DNA from: an uncultured Fibrobacteraceae bacterium | GTDB taxonomy: Bacteria; Krumholzibacteriota; Krumholzibacteriia; LZORAL124-64-63 | Direction: 5' to 3' | Assembly (NCBI GenBank): GCA_964399195.1 | Contig: CAYNPY010000009.1 | Coordinates: forward strand, 1,758-65,325 | Length of the DNA: 63,568 bases | In this document: positions 31,273 to 40,554 of the stretch, in pieces | How the letters are laid out: each line of letters opens with the position of its first letter | How positions within the stretch are numbered: the first letter of the stretch is position 1 | The notes under the pieces: generated by a model | What the model was told of the DNA's origin: nothing | Seen by the model: only the letters and a program-made list of their open reading frames with translations | Databases searched by the model: none | Made by a program: the position numbers and the translations under genes

Positions 31273-32289
31273 TCAGATTCGAAACGGCTGCGGCCGCCCG
31301 CAGCCGGGGCAGGCGGCGCCCGCGCCCAGGCGGGACACGGCGCGCGGGCCGCCGCGGTCGACCAGCAGCTCGCCGCAGGCCGGGCAGTGCGAGTCGCGTC
31401 CCATCGCGCCGCCGACATCGCCCAGGTGCACGTTGCCCAGATACACCCACTCCAGCCGGGCGAGCGCCTGTTCGCGCGCGCGCAGCAGCGTCGAGCGCGG
31501 CGTGGGCGGCGCCTGCAGCCGCCAGGCCGGATGGTAGGCGCTGAAATGCAACGGCACCGACCGCCCCAGCCCGGCGACGTGCTCGACCAGCCGGTCGACG
31601 TCCGCAGGCGCGTCGTTGTGCCCGGGAATCAGCAGGTTCGTCAGCTCCACGTGCACGCCGGCCGCCAGAAAGGCGTCGATCGCCGCCAGCACCGGCCCCA
31701 GCCGCGCCTTGCAGACGCGGCGGTAGAAGCGGTCGTCCATCGCCTTGAGGTCGATGTTCGCGGCGTCGACCAGCGGCAGCAGCTCGGCCAGCGGTTCCGG
31801 GTTGAGGTAGCCGTTGGTCACCAGCACCACGGCCAGCCCGGCCTCGCGGGCGGCCAGCGCCGCATCGCGCACGAACTCGAACCAGACCAGCGGCTCGCTG
31901 TAGGTGAAGGCCAGTCCCACCGAGCCCTGGCGGCGCGCCGCCGCGACCAGCTCGCCCGGTGTGGCCGGCCGCGTGGGCGCGTCCGGCCGCTGGCTCAGGC
32001 TCCAGTTCTGGCAGAACAGGCAATGCAGGTTGCAGCCGGGCGCCGCCACCGAGAGGATCTCGCGACCCGGGTGGAAATGGTACAGCGGCTTCTTCTCGAT
32101 GGGGTCGAGGGCGACCGTGGCCACGCGGCCGTAGTGGAGCGGCCGCATCACGCCCCCGTGGTTGGCGCGCGTGCCGCAGGGACCGGCCTGGCCCTCGCGC
32201 AGCCGGCAGCCGACCGGACACAGGTCGCAGGCGGCCTGGCCGTTGGGCAGGGGCCGCCACCAGGCGGCCGCGATCCCGGTGCCGTTCAT
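31273..32289 (-). CDS. amrS: AmmeMemoRadiSam-system radical SAM enzyme
   Basis: N-terminal CDLCP..C..C, DPIEKKPLYHF.PG, GCNLHCLFCQNW (CxxxCxxC), FTYSEP, VTNGY, NIDLK, YHP, VYLGN. Confidence 0.9.
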   Translation of the reverse strand: MNGTGIAAAWWRPLPNGQAACDLCPVGCRLREGQAGPCGTRANHGGVMRPLHYGRVATVALDPIEKKPLYHFHPGREILSVAAPGCNLHCLFCQNWSLSQRPDAPTRPATPGELVAAARRQGSVGLAFTYSEPLVWFEFVRDAALAAREAGLAVVLVTNGYLNPEPLAELLPLVDAANIDLKAMDDRFYRRVCKARLGPVLAAIDAFLAAGVHVELTNLLIPGHNDAPADVDRLVEHVAGLGRSVPLHFSAYHPAWRLQAPPTPRSTLLRAREQALARLEWVYLGNVHLGDVGGAMGRDSHCPACGELLVDRGGPRAVSRLGAGAACPGCGRPQPFRI

Positions 32290-33479
32290 GCGTCGTCTCC
32301 CTCGCGCACGCGGGCCAGGTTCGCCAGGACGCGCGCAGCGCTGCGCCGCAGGCCTTCCGGATGCGCGCGCCACAGCGGCGTGCGGCGGAACCGGGCCCGG
32401 AAGGCATGGTCGTCCAGGGTCGCCAGGTCCGCCAGGCCCAGTTCCGCATGCGCAGGCAGCTCGCCGTAGCCCTCGCGCAGCGGCGGCAGCCCCGTCGGCG
32501 GCTGCGCGGCCGCGCGCCGGTTCCACGGGCACACGGCCTGGCAGATGTCGCAGCCGAACAGCAGGCCGCCCTGCTCGGCGTCGCGACCGGGCGGCGCCGT
32601 CCCGCGCCGCTCGATCGTCCAGGTGCTCAGGCAGCTTCCGGCGTCCAGGCCGCCGCCGGGCAGGATCGCCTGCGTGGGGCAGGCGTCGACGCAGCGCGTG
32701 CAGGTGCCGCAGCGCGAGACCGGCGCCAGCGGAGCGGCGCGCCGGCGACGCGGGGTGACCGCGTAAAGCGGCTCGGCCGCCGGCGCGCCGGCCGGCGGCA
32801 GCCCGGCGACCTCCAGGTCGGTCAACGCCACGCCCAGCAGCAGGCCCGAGCCCAGCTTCTCGTGGATCAGGCAGGTGTTGCGGCCCAGGAAGCCGAGGCC
32901 GGCCAGCCAGGCGTACTCGCGCTCCAGGTAGGGCCCGGTGTCGACCGCCACCCGCGCGCGGAAGCCCGGTCCCGCTCCGGCGGGCGCCGCCGGCGCGCCC
33001 TCCCGCGCTGTCCCCAGCCCGGCCGCCAGCGCCGCCAAAGCGCCGCGGATGTCGCCCAGCAGCAGATCATGGTAGTCCAGCCCGCGCGCGTAGCGGGCCA
33101 CTCGCGCGGTCCAGGGCGGCCGGTCCGGCGTCGTCGCCTCGCCGGGCGGACCGCCGGCCGCGGGGTCGGCATCGCCGGCCGGCCAGCCGTCGGTGTAGCG
33201 CTGCGCGAAGACCAGCAGCGTGCGCGCCCACGGGTCGCGCCCGGTGGGATCCAGCCGGGCCTCGGGCTCGCGCACGAGCCAGTCCAGGCCGCCGTGGCGG
33301 CCCTCGGCGACAAAGGCCCGCCAGCGGTCGGCGTGAGGCAGGGGGCAGGGCAGGGCCAGGGCGCCCGCGAGGTCCAGGTGGTGCGGCGGGCAGGCTTGCG
33401 CCAGCAGGGCCGCCAGCCGGGCGGCGTCCAGGCGCGGCCCGCCGCCGGGGCCGGGCCGGGCGTCAGACCCCGGCGCCAT
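32286..33479 (-). CDS. queG: Epoxyqueuosine reductase
   Basis: ARYARGLDYH, VDTGPYLER, AGLGFLGRNTCLI, CGTCTRCVDACPT, CLSTWTIE, GCDICQAVCPWN. Confidence 0.92.
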   Translation of the reverse strand: MAPGSDARPGPGGGPRLDAARLAALLAQACPPHHLDLAGALALPCPLPHADRWRAFVAEGRHGGLDWLVREPEARLDPTGRDPWARTLLVFAQRYTDGWPAGDADPAAGGPPGEATTPDRPPWTARVARYARGLDYHDLLLGDIRGALAALAAGLGTAREGAPAAPAGAGPGFRARVAVDTGPYLEREYAWLAGLGFLGRNTCLIHEKLGSGLLLGVALTDLEVAGLPPAGAPAAEPLYAVTPRRRRAAPLAPVSRCGTCTRCVDACPTQAILPGGGLDAGSCLSTWTIERRGTAPPGRDAEQGGLLFGCDICQAVCPWNRRAAAQPPTGLPPLREGYGELPAHAELGLADLATLDDHAFRARFRRTPLWRAHPEGLRRSAARVLANLARVREGDDA

Positions 33480-34440
33480 CGCCGGTCCCCGGGCCGGCCA
33501 GACGGGCCAGGGCGCGCCCGCAGTCCTCCACCAGGCGGCGCATGACCTCCGCGGCAGGCGGGACGTCGTCGATGAGCCCGGCGACCTGCCCGATCTCCAG
33601 CTCGCCCTCCTGGAGGTCGCCCTCGAGCATGCCGCGCCGGGCGCGGCCCTGCCCCAGCTCGGCGGCCAGCTCCTCGCGCGAGGCGCCGCGCGCCTCCATG
33701 GACTCGACGCGCTCGCGGAAGGCGTTGCGCAGCAGGCGCACCGGCACGTGCGCCTTGAGCACCAGGCGCGTGTCTCCCGGGCCGGCCGCCACGACGGCCC
33801 GCTTGAACGCATCGTGGCCGCTGGACTCCACGGTGGCGGCGAAGCGGGAGCCGACCTGCACACCGGCGGCGCCGAGGGCGAGCATCGCGGCGACCTGCGC
33901 CCCGGTGGCGATGCCGCCGGCGGCGATGACCGGGATGGACACCGCGCGGACGCACTCGGGCACCAGGACCAGGGTGGTGATCTCGTCGCGGCCGTTGTGG
34001 CCGCCGGCCTCGAAGCCCTCGCAGACCACGGCGTCGCAGCCGGCCTCTTCGCACTTACGGGCCAGGTCGGGATGCGCCACCACGTGCACCACCGTGCAGC
34101 CGGCCTCCTTCAGCCGGGCAGCCGCCGCGCGCGGGGAGCCGGCGCTGGTGAAGAAGATGCGCACGCCCTCGGCCAGCGCGATCTCCAGGCACTCGGCCAC
34201 GTGCGGGTAGAGCAGCGGGAGGTTCACGCCGAAGGGCCGGTCGGTCAGGGCGCGGGCCTTGCGCACCTGCTCGCGGAACGGATCCGGGCGCAGGCTGCCG
34301 GCCCCGATCAGGCCCAGGCCGCCGGCGTTGCTGACGGCGGCGGCCAGCCGCGCGCCCGCGTTGTAGACCATGCCGCCCTGGATGATCGGGTGCTCGATGC
34401 CCAGCAGGCGCTGCAGGCGGGTGTCGGGCCAGCGGGTCAT
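33463..34440 (-). CDS. Nitronate monooxygenase / FabK-like flavoprotein
   Basis: PIIQGGM, AVSNAGGLG, PFGVN, EGFEAGGHNG, IAAGGI, GVQVGSRF. Confidence 0.88.
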   Translation of the reverse strand: MTRWPDTRLQRLLGIEHPIIQGGMVYNAGARLAAAVSNAGGLGLIGAGSLRPDPFREQVRKARALTDRPFGVNLPLLYPHVAECLEIALAEGVRIFFTSAGSPRAAAARLKEAGCTVVHVVAHPDLARKCEEAGCDAVVCEGFEAGGHNGRDEITTLVLVPECVRAVSIPVIAAGGIATGAQVAAMLALGAAGVQVGSRFAATVESSGHDAFKRAVVAAGPGDTRLVLKAHVPVRLLRNAFRERVESMEARGASREELAAELGQGRARRGMLEGDLQEGELEIGQVAGLIDDVPPAAEVMRRLVEDCGRALARLAGPGTGDGAGV

Positions 34441-34455
34441 GCTCTCCCCCGGGGT

Positions 34456-35019
34456 TCAGAGGCCGAGCCGGTCGGCGGCGCCGGTCATCGCCGCCAACAC
34501 GTGGCCGATGACCTCTTCCGGCGCCAGGCCCAGGTCGCTGGCGCCCTCGGCGATCTCCTCGCGGTTGACCTTGGCGGCGAAGTCCTTCTTCTTGAGCTTC
34601 TTGACCACCGAGCGCACCTCGACCCCGGCGATCTTCCGCTCCGGCTGCACCATCGCGCAGGCGGTGCAGAAGCCGCACAGCTCATCCACCGCGAACAGCC
34701 AGCGCGCGCAGTCGTCCTCGCGCGGGACGCCGGTGTGGCTGGCGTGGGACAGGATGGCGCGCACGAAAGGCTCCGGGTAGCCCCGCTGCCGCAGGATCTC
34801 CGCGCCGCGCCACGGATGGTCCGCCGCGTCGGGGTAGCGCTCGTAGTCGAAGTCGTGCAGCAGGCCGGCCGCGGCCCAGTACGCCGGGTCGCCGCCGGTA
34901 CGCAGCGCGGCCGCCCGCATCGCGGCCTCGACGGCGTAGGCGTGGCGCCGCAGGCTGTCGGTCTGGGTGTACTCGTGCAGCAGCGCCAGCGTGACGTCGC
35001 GGTCGAACAGGTCGCTCAT
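34456..35019 (-). CDS. HDIG-type HD-domain phosphohydrolase
   Basis: LRRHAYAVEAAM, GLLHDFDYE, AILSH, LFAVDELCG. Confidence 0.88.
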   Translation of the reverse strand: MSDLFDRDVTLALLHEYTQTDSLRRHAYAVEAAMRAAALRTGGDPAYWAAAGLLHDFDYERYPDAADHPWRGAEILRQRGYPEPFVRAILSHASHTGVPREDDCARWLFAVDELCGFCTACAMVQPERKIAGVEVRSVVKKLKKKDFAAKVNREEIAEGASDLGLAPEEVIGHVLAAMTGAADRLGL

Positions 35020-35070
35020 GGCGGACTCCCGAAGAGGGCGCCGGCCGGCTTGCGCCGGCGCGCGCAGGGC

Positions 35071-35796
35071 CTAGATGATCAGGTCGTCCTCGTGCCGGTT
35101 CAGCCAGTCGCGGCAGCGCCGGTGGTGCGGGCAGACCTCGTCCAGCAGGCTCCAGAAACGCCGGCTGTGGTCCAGGTGCCGCAGGTGGCACACCTCGTGG
35201 GCCACGATGCTGTCGATCACGTCCGGCGGCGCCATCACCAGCCGGTAGCAGAACGACAAGGTGCCGCTGGGCGAGCAGCTGCCCCAGCGCGTGGTGCGTT
35301 CGCCGATGACCACGCGCGACGGCCGCCGGCCCACCCGGGCCGCCCAGTGCTCGATCCTCCCGGGCAGGTGCTCGCGGGCCAGCCCCCGCAGGTACTGCTC
35401 GACCACCGGTCGCGGCGACAGGATGCGGTCCGGCGGCATGTGCAGGACCAGCCGGTCGTCGGTCAACTCGGCCCGCCAGCCCCGCTCCCGCGCGCCGAGG
35501 GCCTTGAGCTGCAGGCGCCGGGGCCGGCCGAAGACGAGCAGCTCGGCGCCCGTGGCGAATTCGCGGACGCAGGGTCCGTCCCAGGCGTCGTGCTCGTCCA
35601 GCTTCGCCACCAGCCAGTCGGCCCACTGGTGCAGCAGCCCGGGCACGATCTCCGGCCGCGCGCGCCAGGGCACGCTGACGACCAGCCCGTCGCGCCGGCT
35701 GACCTCCAGCCCCGGCCGCCGCGTGCGCCGGTTCCGGCGCAGGCGGTAGCGCAGCGCGCGCCCGCGCAGCAGGGTGCGCAACAGCGGTTCCTTCAC
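35071..35796 (-). CDS. YgjP/DUF45-like (M48/SprT-related) zinc metalloprotein
   Basis: RWGSCS, LVMAPPDVIDSIVAHEVCHL, HSRRFW. GTG start at 35796 is inferred. Confidence 0.85.
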   Translation of the reverse strand: MKEPLLRTLLRGRALRYRLRRNRRTRRPGLEVSRRDGLVVSVPWRARPEIVPGLLHQWADWLVAKLDEHDAWDGPCVREFATGAELLVFGRPRRLQLKALGARERGWRAELTDDRLVLHMPPDRILSPRPVVEQYLRGLAREHLPGRIEHWAARVGRRPSRVVIGERTTRWGSCSPSGTLSFCYRLVMAPPDVIDSIVAHEVCHLRHLDHSRRFWSLLDEVCPHHRRCRDWLNRHEDDLII

Positions 35797-35878
35797 GGGG
35801 TCACCCGCGGACGGGCGTCGCCGGCGGTCATGGTGTCGTCTCCGGGCTGAGGTGGCGGCGCCGCGCGCGGCCCAGGGC

Positions 35879-35907
35879 ATCTTAGCCCGCGGCGCGGAGC
35901 TTGTCAG
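35879..35907 (-). promoter_or_regulatory. Sigma70-like promoter of the ygjP-HD-NMO-queG-amrS operon
   Basis: On the minus strand: CTGACA, 17 nt spacer, TAAGAT. Confidence 0.55.
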
Positions 35908-35978
35908 CGGGCGACTTCGCGCCGCGGGCCGAGCCCTATGATCAGCCGCGCCCGGGAATCCGCAACCCGCATTTTGCC

Positions 35979-36007
35979 TTGAGATTGCGCTCTCAGGCGC
36001 CTAGACT
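35979..36007 (+). promoter_or_regulatory. Sigma70-like mscL promoter overlapped by a TGAGA-N6-TCTCA palindrome
   Basis: TTGAGA (35979-84), 17 nt spacer, TAGACT (36002-07); inverted repeat at 35980-35995. Confidence 0.6.
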
Positions 36008-36089
36008 ACCCTCTCCCGCACCGTCGTGTACCGAGGTGCCCGGACAGGGGCCAGGTGGCGCCGCCACCGTCTCCCGGAGGAGGAGCGGA

Positions 36090-36542
36090 ATGCTCAAGGA
36101 ATTCAGGGATTTCGCGGTGAAGGGCAATGTCGTCGACATGGCCGTCGGTATCATCATCGGCGCCGCGTTCGGGACCATCGTCAGTTCGCTGGTGGCCGAC
36201 ATCATCATGCCGCCGATCGGCATGCTGCTGGGCGGCGTCGACTTCACGAACATCTTCGTGACGCTCAAGGACGGCGGCGTGGCCGGCCCGTACCCGACGC
36301 TGGCCGCTGCCCAGGGCGCCGGCGCCGTGACGATGAACGTCGGCCTGTTCCTGAACAAGGTGATCAGCTTCCTGATCGTCTCGTTCTCGGTCTTCATGCT
36401 GGTCAAGGCGCTCAACAAGGCCAAGCGGGAGGAGCCCAAGCCCGCGCCGGCGGCGCCGACCACCAAGGAATGCCCGCTGTGCCTGTCGACCATCCCCCTG
36501 AAGGCCACGCGCTGCGCCCACTGCGCCGCCGACCTGAAGTAA
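36090..36542 (+). CDS. mscL: Large-conductance mechanosensitive channel with C-terminal CxxC..CxxC
   Basis: [40 protein letters not shown]; GGAGGAGG RBS. Confidence 0.96.
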   Translation: MLKEFRDFAVKGNVVDMAVGIIIGAAFGTIVSSLVADIIMPPIGMLLGGVDFTNIFVTLKDGGVAGPYPTLAAAQGAGAVTMNVGLFLNKVISFLIVSFSVFMLVKALNKAKREEPKPAPAAPTTKECPLCLSTIPLKATRCAHCAADLK

Positions 36543-36552
36543 GGGACCGCTG

Positions 36553-37311
36553 GTGTTCGGCTGGGGGCGCGGACGGCGGCGGCGGCAGTTGCTGGCCACG
36601 CCCCTGCCGGAGGACCGGCGCGCGCGTCTGCACGCGCTGGCCCCGCTGACGGCGCGGCTGCCGGCGGACCGGCGCGCGCGGCACGAAGGCGTCGTGCAGC
36701 TGCTCCTGGCCGAGAAGCGCTTCGAGGGCGCGGCCGGGCTCGAGGTGACCGACGACATGCGCCTGGCGATCGCCGGCCAGGCCGCGCTGCTGCAGCTGCG
36801 GGCCGGGGCGGACTACTACCCCGGCCTGCACTCCATCGTGATCTACCCGACCGCTTTCGCCGTGGCGCACGAGCGCCACGACGAGGACGGCCTGGTCCAC
36901 CTGGACGAGGACGAACTGTCGGGCGAGAGCTGGGGCCACGGCGCGGTCGTGCTGGCCTGGGACGACGTCCGGCGCGAGTCGAAGCGGCGCGACGGCTACA
37001 ACGTGGTCCTGCACGAGTTCGCCCACCAGCTGGACGACCAGACCGGCGAGGGCGACGGCACGCCGGTGCTGCGCGACCGCGCCCTGGCCGCCCGCTGGCC
37101 GGCGGCCTTCCAGCCGGCTTTCGAGGAGCACGCCCGGCGACTGAAGCGGCGGCGCGAGGTGCTGTTCGACGCCGACGCCGCCGAGAGCCCCGCCGAGTTC
37201 TTCGCCACCGCCGTCGAGCTCTTCTTCGAGTTCCCGCGCGACCTGCGCCAGGAATACCCCGCGGTGTACGAGGTGCTGGCGGCCTGGCTCGAGCTGGACC
37301 CGGCCTACTGA
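36553..37311 (+). CDS. MtfA/M90-family zinc metallopeptidase
   Basis: EKRFEG, IAGQAALL, LSGESW, NVVLHEFAHQLD, EFFATAVE.FFE.P. Confidence 0.88.
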   Translation: MFGWGRGRRRRQLLATPLPEDRRARLHALAPLTARLPADRRARHEGVVQLLLAEKRFEGAAGLEVTDDMRLAIAGQAALLQLRAGADYYPGLHSIVIYPTAFAVAHERHDEDGLVHLDEDELSGESWGHGAVVLAWDDVRRESKRRDGYNVVLHEFAHQLDDQTGEGDGTPVLRDRALAARWPAAFQPAFEEHARRLKRRREVLFDADAAESPAEFFATAVELFFEFPRDLRQEYPAVYEVLAAWLELDPAY

Positions 37312-40300
37312 TCCCGCTTTGCGTGCTCCTCGGGCGTGAGCGGCCGCACCGGCTCCAGCCCGGCGGCCTGCAGCCGTGCGTTGAGCGCCGCGAGGCGCGG
37401 GCCGGTCAAGCCGGCGAATTCGGCGCTCGCCCGCTCCAGTTCCTGCGCCAAGGCCGCCTGCCGGTCCAGCTGAGCCCGCGTCGGCGGGCCGCCGAACCCG
37501 GCCACGCCGGCGTACAGGCCCACGACCTTCTCGCGCAGCGCCTTGCGGCCGCTGATGCCCTGGACCTCTTCCTCGACCATCATCCGCCACTGGAGGTCCC
37601 GCAGCTCGCCGGCCAGGTCGCGCAGGTCGGCGGCCAGCGCGGGGTCGGCGACGGCGCCGGCGGCGGCCGCGTCGGCGCGCGCGCCCAGGTCGCGCCCCGC
37701 CTCCTTGACCGCGTCGCAGGCGTAGGCCAGGCGGGCCAGCATGTCGTACAGCGCGCGCACGGCCTTCTGCTGCGCCGCCCGGGCGGCCGGGGCGTGCGGG
37801 TAATCGGGGTCGTAGCCGACGTCGACCGTGCCCTCGTATGACTCCTCGCCCTTGACCAGCCGGTAGCGATACGTGCCTTCGGGCGCCGACGGCCCCACCG
37901 AGGCCGCGAACGCGATCGAGGGGTCCATGACCGGCGACGGCGCCACCTTCGGCGGCTTGAGCGTCGGCGACCAGGTCACCAGGTTCAGGCCCTTGCGCGT
38001 GCCGGCGGGCAGGGTCTTGAGAACAGAGCCGTCCGCGTCCAGGATCTCCACCCGGATCGGGCCGACCAGGTGGCGCTTCGGCAGGTGGTAGACGATCCGG
38101 GCTGCGGAACCGGGATTGGACGCCACGTACCAATTGTCGCCGGGGAACTGCTGCGAGTCCCGCGGGATGCGCAGCACCGCGGGGCGCGAGGGCAGCAGCG
38201 CGACCGGCGCCTCGAGCGCCGCCGCGGTCAGGTGGCGCAGCGGCGTCAGGTCGTCGATGACCCAGATCCCGCGGCCATGCGTGGCGATGACCAGCGCCCC
38301 GTCGCGCTCATGCACGACCAGGTCGTACACCGGCACCGCGGGGAACTCCTCGCTGAAGCGGGCCCAGTGGCGCCCGCCGTCCAGCGTGATGAACAACCCG
38401 TACTCCGTGCCCAGGTAGAGCAGGTCGGGGTTGACCGGGTCCTGGCGGATGACGTGCGCATACCCCTTGACGTCGGCCGTCACCAGGGAACGCCAGGTGG
38501 CGCCCAGGTCGTCGGTGGCCAGCACGTAAGGCGTCATGTCGCCGGCGCGGTGGCCGTCGGCGGTGACGAAGGCGGTCCCCCGCCGGTGCGGCGAGGCTTC
38601 GACGCAGCTGATCCAGGTGCCGCGCGGCACGCCGGGCAGGTTGCCGGCGACGTTGGTCCAGCGCGCGCCGTCGTCGGCGGTGACCTGGAGGTTGCCGTCG
38701 TCGGTGCCCGCCCAGATCACGCGCCGGTCGCGCGGCGACTCGGCGATGGTGAAGATGGTGCAGTGGTTCTCGGCGGTGGTGTTGTCGACTGTGAGGCCGC
38801 CGGACTCGAGCTGGCGCTGCCGGGCGGGGTCATCGGTGGTCAGGTCGCCCGACACGCGCTTCCAGGTGTCGCCGCGGTCGGTCGAGCGGTGCAGGAACTG
38901 CGAGCCGACGTACAGCCGCTCGCCGCGTCCCGGGCTGGTCACGATCGGCGTGTTCCAGTTGAAGCGGAAGTCGGGCTCGCCGGGGCCGGGCTGCGGCTTG
39001 ATGTCCTTGCTGTCGCCGGTGCGGCGGTCCAGGCGCTGGACGTTGCCGCCCTGCCATTCCCAGTAGACCAGGTCGGGGTCCGCGCGGTCGGGCACGACGG
39101 CAAAGCCGTCGCCGCCGCCCAGGTTCTCCCAGTCGTCGTTCTGGATGCCGCCGGGCGCGCGGGACGGCCCGGTCCAGGAGCCGTTGTCCTGCAGGCCGCC
39201 GTAGACGTGGAACGGCCGCCGGTCGTCGACCGCCACGCGGTAGAACTGCGAGACCGGCAGGTTGGGCGCGAAGTCCCAGCCCGAGCCCTGGTTGCGCGAG
39301 GTGTAGATCCCGCCGTCGGTGCCGACCACCATGTGCTTCGGGTCGGCCGGGTTGATCCACAGCGCGTGGATGTCCGGATGCATCCAGCCGCCGACCGTGC
39401 GGAACGTGACGCCGCCGTCGCTGGTCACGAGCATGTAGGTGCCGGCCTTGTAGACCCGCTGGGCGTCCTGCGGGTCGGGGATCAGGAGGGCGAAGTAGAA
39501 CGGCCGTCCGCCCACGGCGCGGTTGTCGGTGGTCTTCGTCCAGGTCTCGCCGCGGTCGTCCGAGCGGAAGAAGGCGGTGCGCTCGGCCTCGACGACGGCG
39601 TAGAGCGTGGACGGCTGCGACGGCATGACCGCGATCGCGATGCGGCCGAGTTCGCCCGCCGGCAGGCCTTCGCTCAGGCGTCGCCAGGTCTCGCCGCCGT
39701 CGCTGCTCTTGTAGAGGCCGCTGCCCGGGCCGCCCGAGGTGAAGAAGTCGGGCGAGCGCCGGAAGTGCCACATGGCGGCATAGACGACGTTCGGGTCGGC
39801 AGGGTCCAGCGCGATGTCCACGCAGCCGGTGGTCTCGTCGATGTACAGCACCTGGTCCCAGGTGGCGCCGCCGTCGCGGGTGCGGAAGAGGCCGCGTTCC
39901 TTGCCCGGCCCCCACAGGGGCCCCATCGCGGCGACCCAGACGGTGGCCGGGTCGGCGGGATGGATGATGATCTCGGCGATGCGCTCGCTGCCCTCCAGTC
40001 CCAGCCGCTGCCACTTCTCGCCGCCGTCGACCGTGCGGTAGACGCCGTCGCCGACGCCCACGCTGTTGCGCACCCAGGACTCGCCGGTGCCCACCCAGAC
40101 GGTGTCGGGCCGCGCCTGGTCGATCGCCAGCGCGCCGATGGACTGCGTGTACTCGTCGAACACCGACTCGAAGGTGACGCCCGCGTCGCGGCTCTTCCAG
40201 ACGCCGCCGCCGGCGCTGCCCACCCACAGGAAGCGCGGGTCGGCGTTCACGGCGTCCAGGCAGGTGATGCGGCCGCTCATCACCGCCGGGCCCAGGTTGC

Positions 40301-40445
40301 GGGCCCGCATCGCGCCGAAAACGTGCGAGCCGAGCGGGATCCCGTCGCCCGGCGGCGCAACCGCGGGTTCGGCGGCGAGGCCGGCGCCGGCCGCGACGGC
40401 GGCGAGGATCAAGCCGAAGACAGATGAACGAAGCCCGGTGGCCAT
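37305..40445 (-). CDS. Secreted VPS10/sortilin-like (BNR/Asp-box) beta-propeller protein
   Basis: Signal peptide, RNLGPAVMSGRI, many SxDxGxTW Asp-boxes, GGLQDNGSW, GGDGF, THGRGIW. Confidence 0.85.
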   Translation of the reverse strand: MATGLRSSVFGLILAAVAAGAGLAAEPAVAPPGDGIPLGSHVFGAMRARNLGPAVMSGRITCLDAVNADPRFLWVGSAGGGVWKSRDAGVTFESVFDEYTQSIGALAIDQARPDTVWVGTGESWVRNSVGVGDGVYRTVDGGEKWQRLGLEGSERIAEIIIHPADPATVWVAAMGPLWGPGKERGLFRTRDGGATWDQVLYIDETTGCVDIALDPADPNVVYAAMWHFRRSPDFFTSGGPGSGLYKSSDGGETWRRLSEGLPAGELGRIAIAVMPSQPSTLYAVVEAERTAFFRSDDRGETWTKTTDNRAVGGRPFYFALLIPDPQDAQRVYKAGTYMLVTSDGGVTFRTVGGWMHPDIHALWINPADPKHMVVGTDGGIYTSRNQGSGWDFAPNLPVSQFYRVAVDDRRPFHVYGGLQDNGSWTGPSRAPGGIQNDDWENLGGGDGFAVVPDRADPDLVYWEWQGGNVQRLDRRTGDSKDIKPQPGPGEPDFRFNWNTPIVTSPGRGERLYVGSQFLHRSTDRGDTWKRVSGDLTTDDPARQRQLESGGLTVDNTTAENHCTIFTIAESPRDRRVIWAGTDDGNLQVTADDGARWTNVAGNLPGVPRGTWISCVEASPHRRGTAFVTADGHRAGDMTPYVLATDDLGATWRSLVTADVKGYAHVIRQDPVNPDLLYLGTEYGLFITLDGGRHWARFSEEFPAVPVYDLVVHERDGALVIATHGRGIWVIDDLTPLRHLTAAALEAPVALLPSRPAVLRIPRDSQQFPGDNWYVASNPGSAARIVYHLPKRHLVGPIRVEILDADGSVLKTLPAGTRKGLNLVTWSPTLKPPKVAPSPVMDPSIAFAASVGPSAPEGTYRYRLVKGEESYEGTVDVGYDPDYPHAPAARAAQQKAVRALYDMLARLAYACDAVKEAGRDLGARADAAAAGAVADPALAADLRDLAGELRDLQWRMMVEEEVQGISGRKALREKVVGLYAGVAGFGGPPTRAQLDRQAALAQELERASAEFAGLTGPRLAALNARLQAAGLEPVRPLTPEEHAKRDQ

Positions 40446-40554
40446 CACCGCTCCCCCTCGGTCGCGTCCCCGGCGGGCCCGCCCGCCGGGGACGATGGTG
40501 GTCGCTGCCCGGTCCGCCGGCCGGCCCCCGCGGCGCGCGCGCCGGCGCCGGTTC

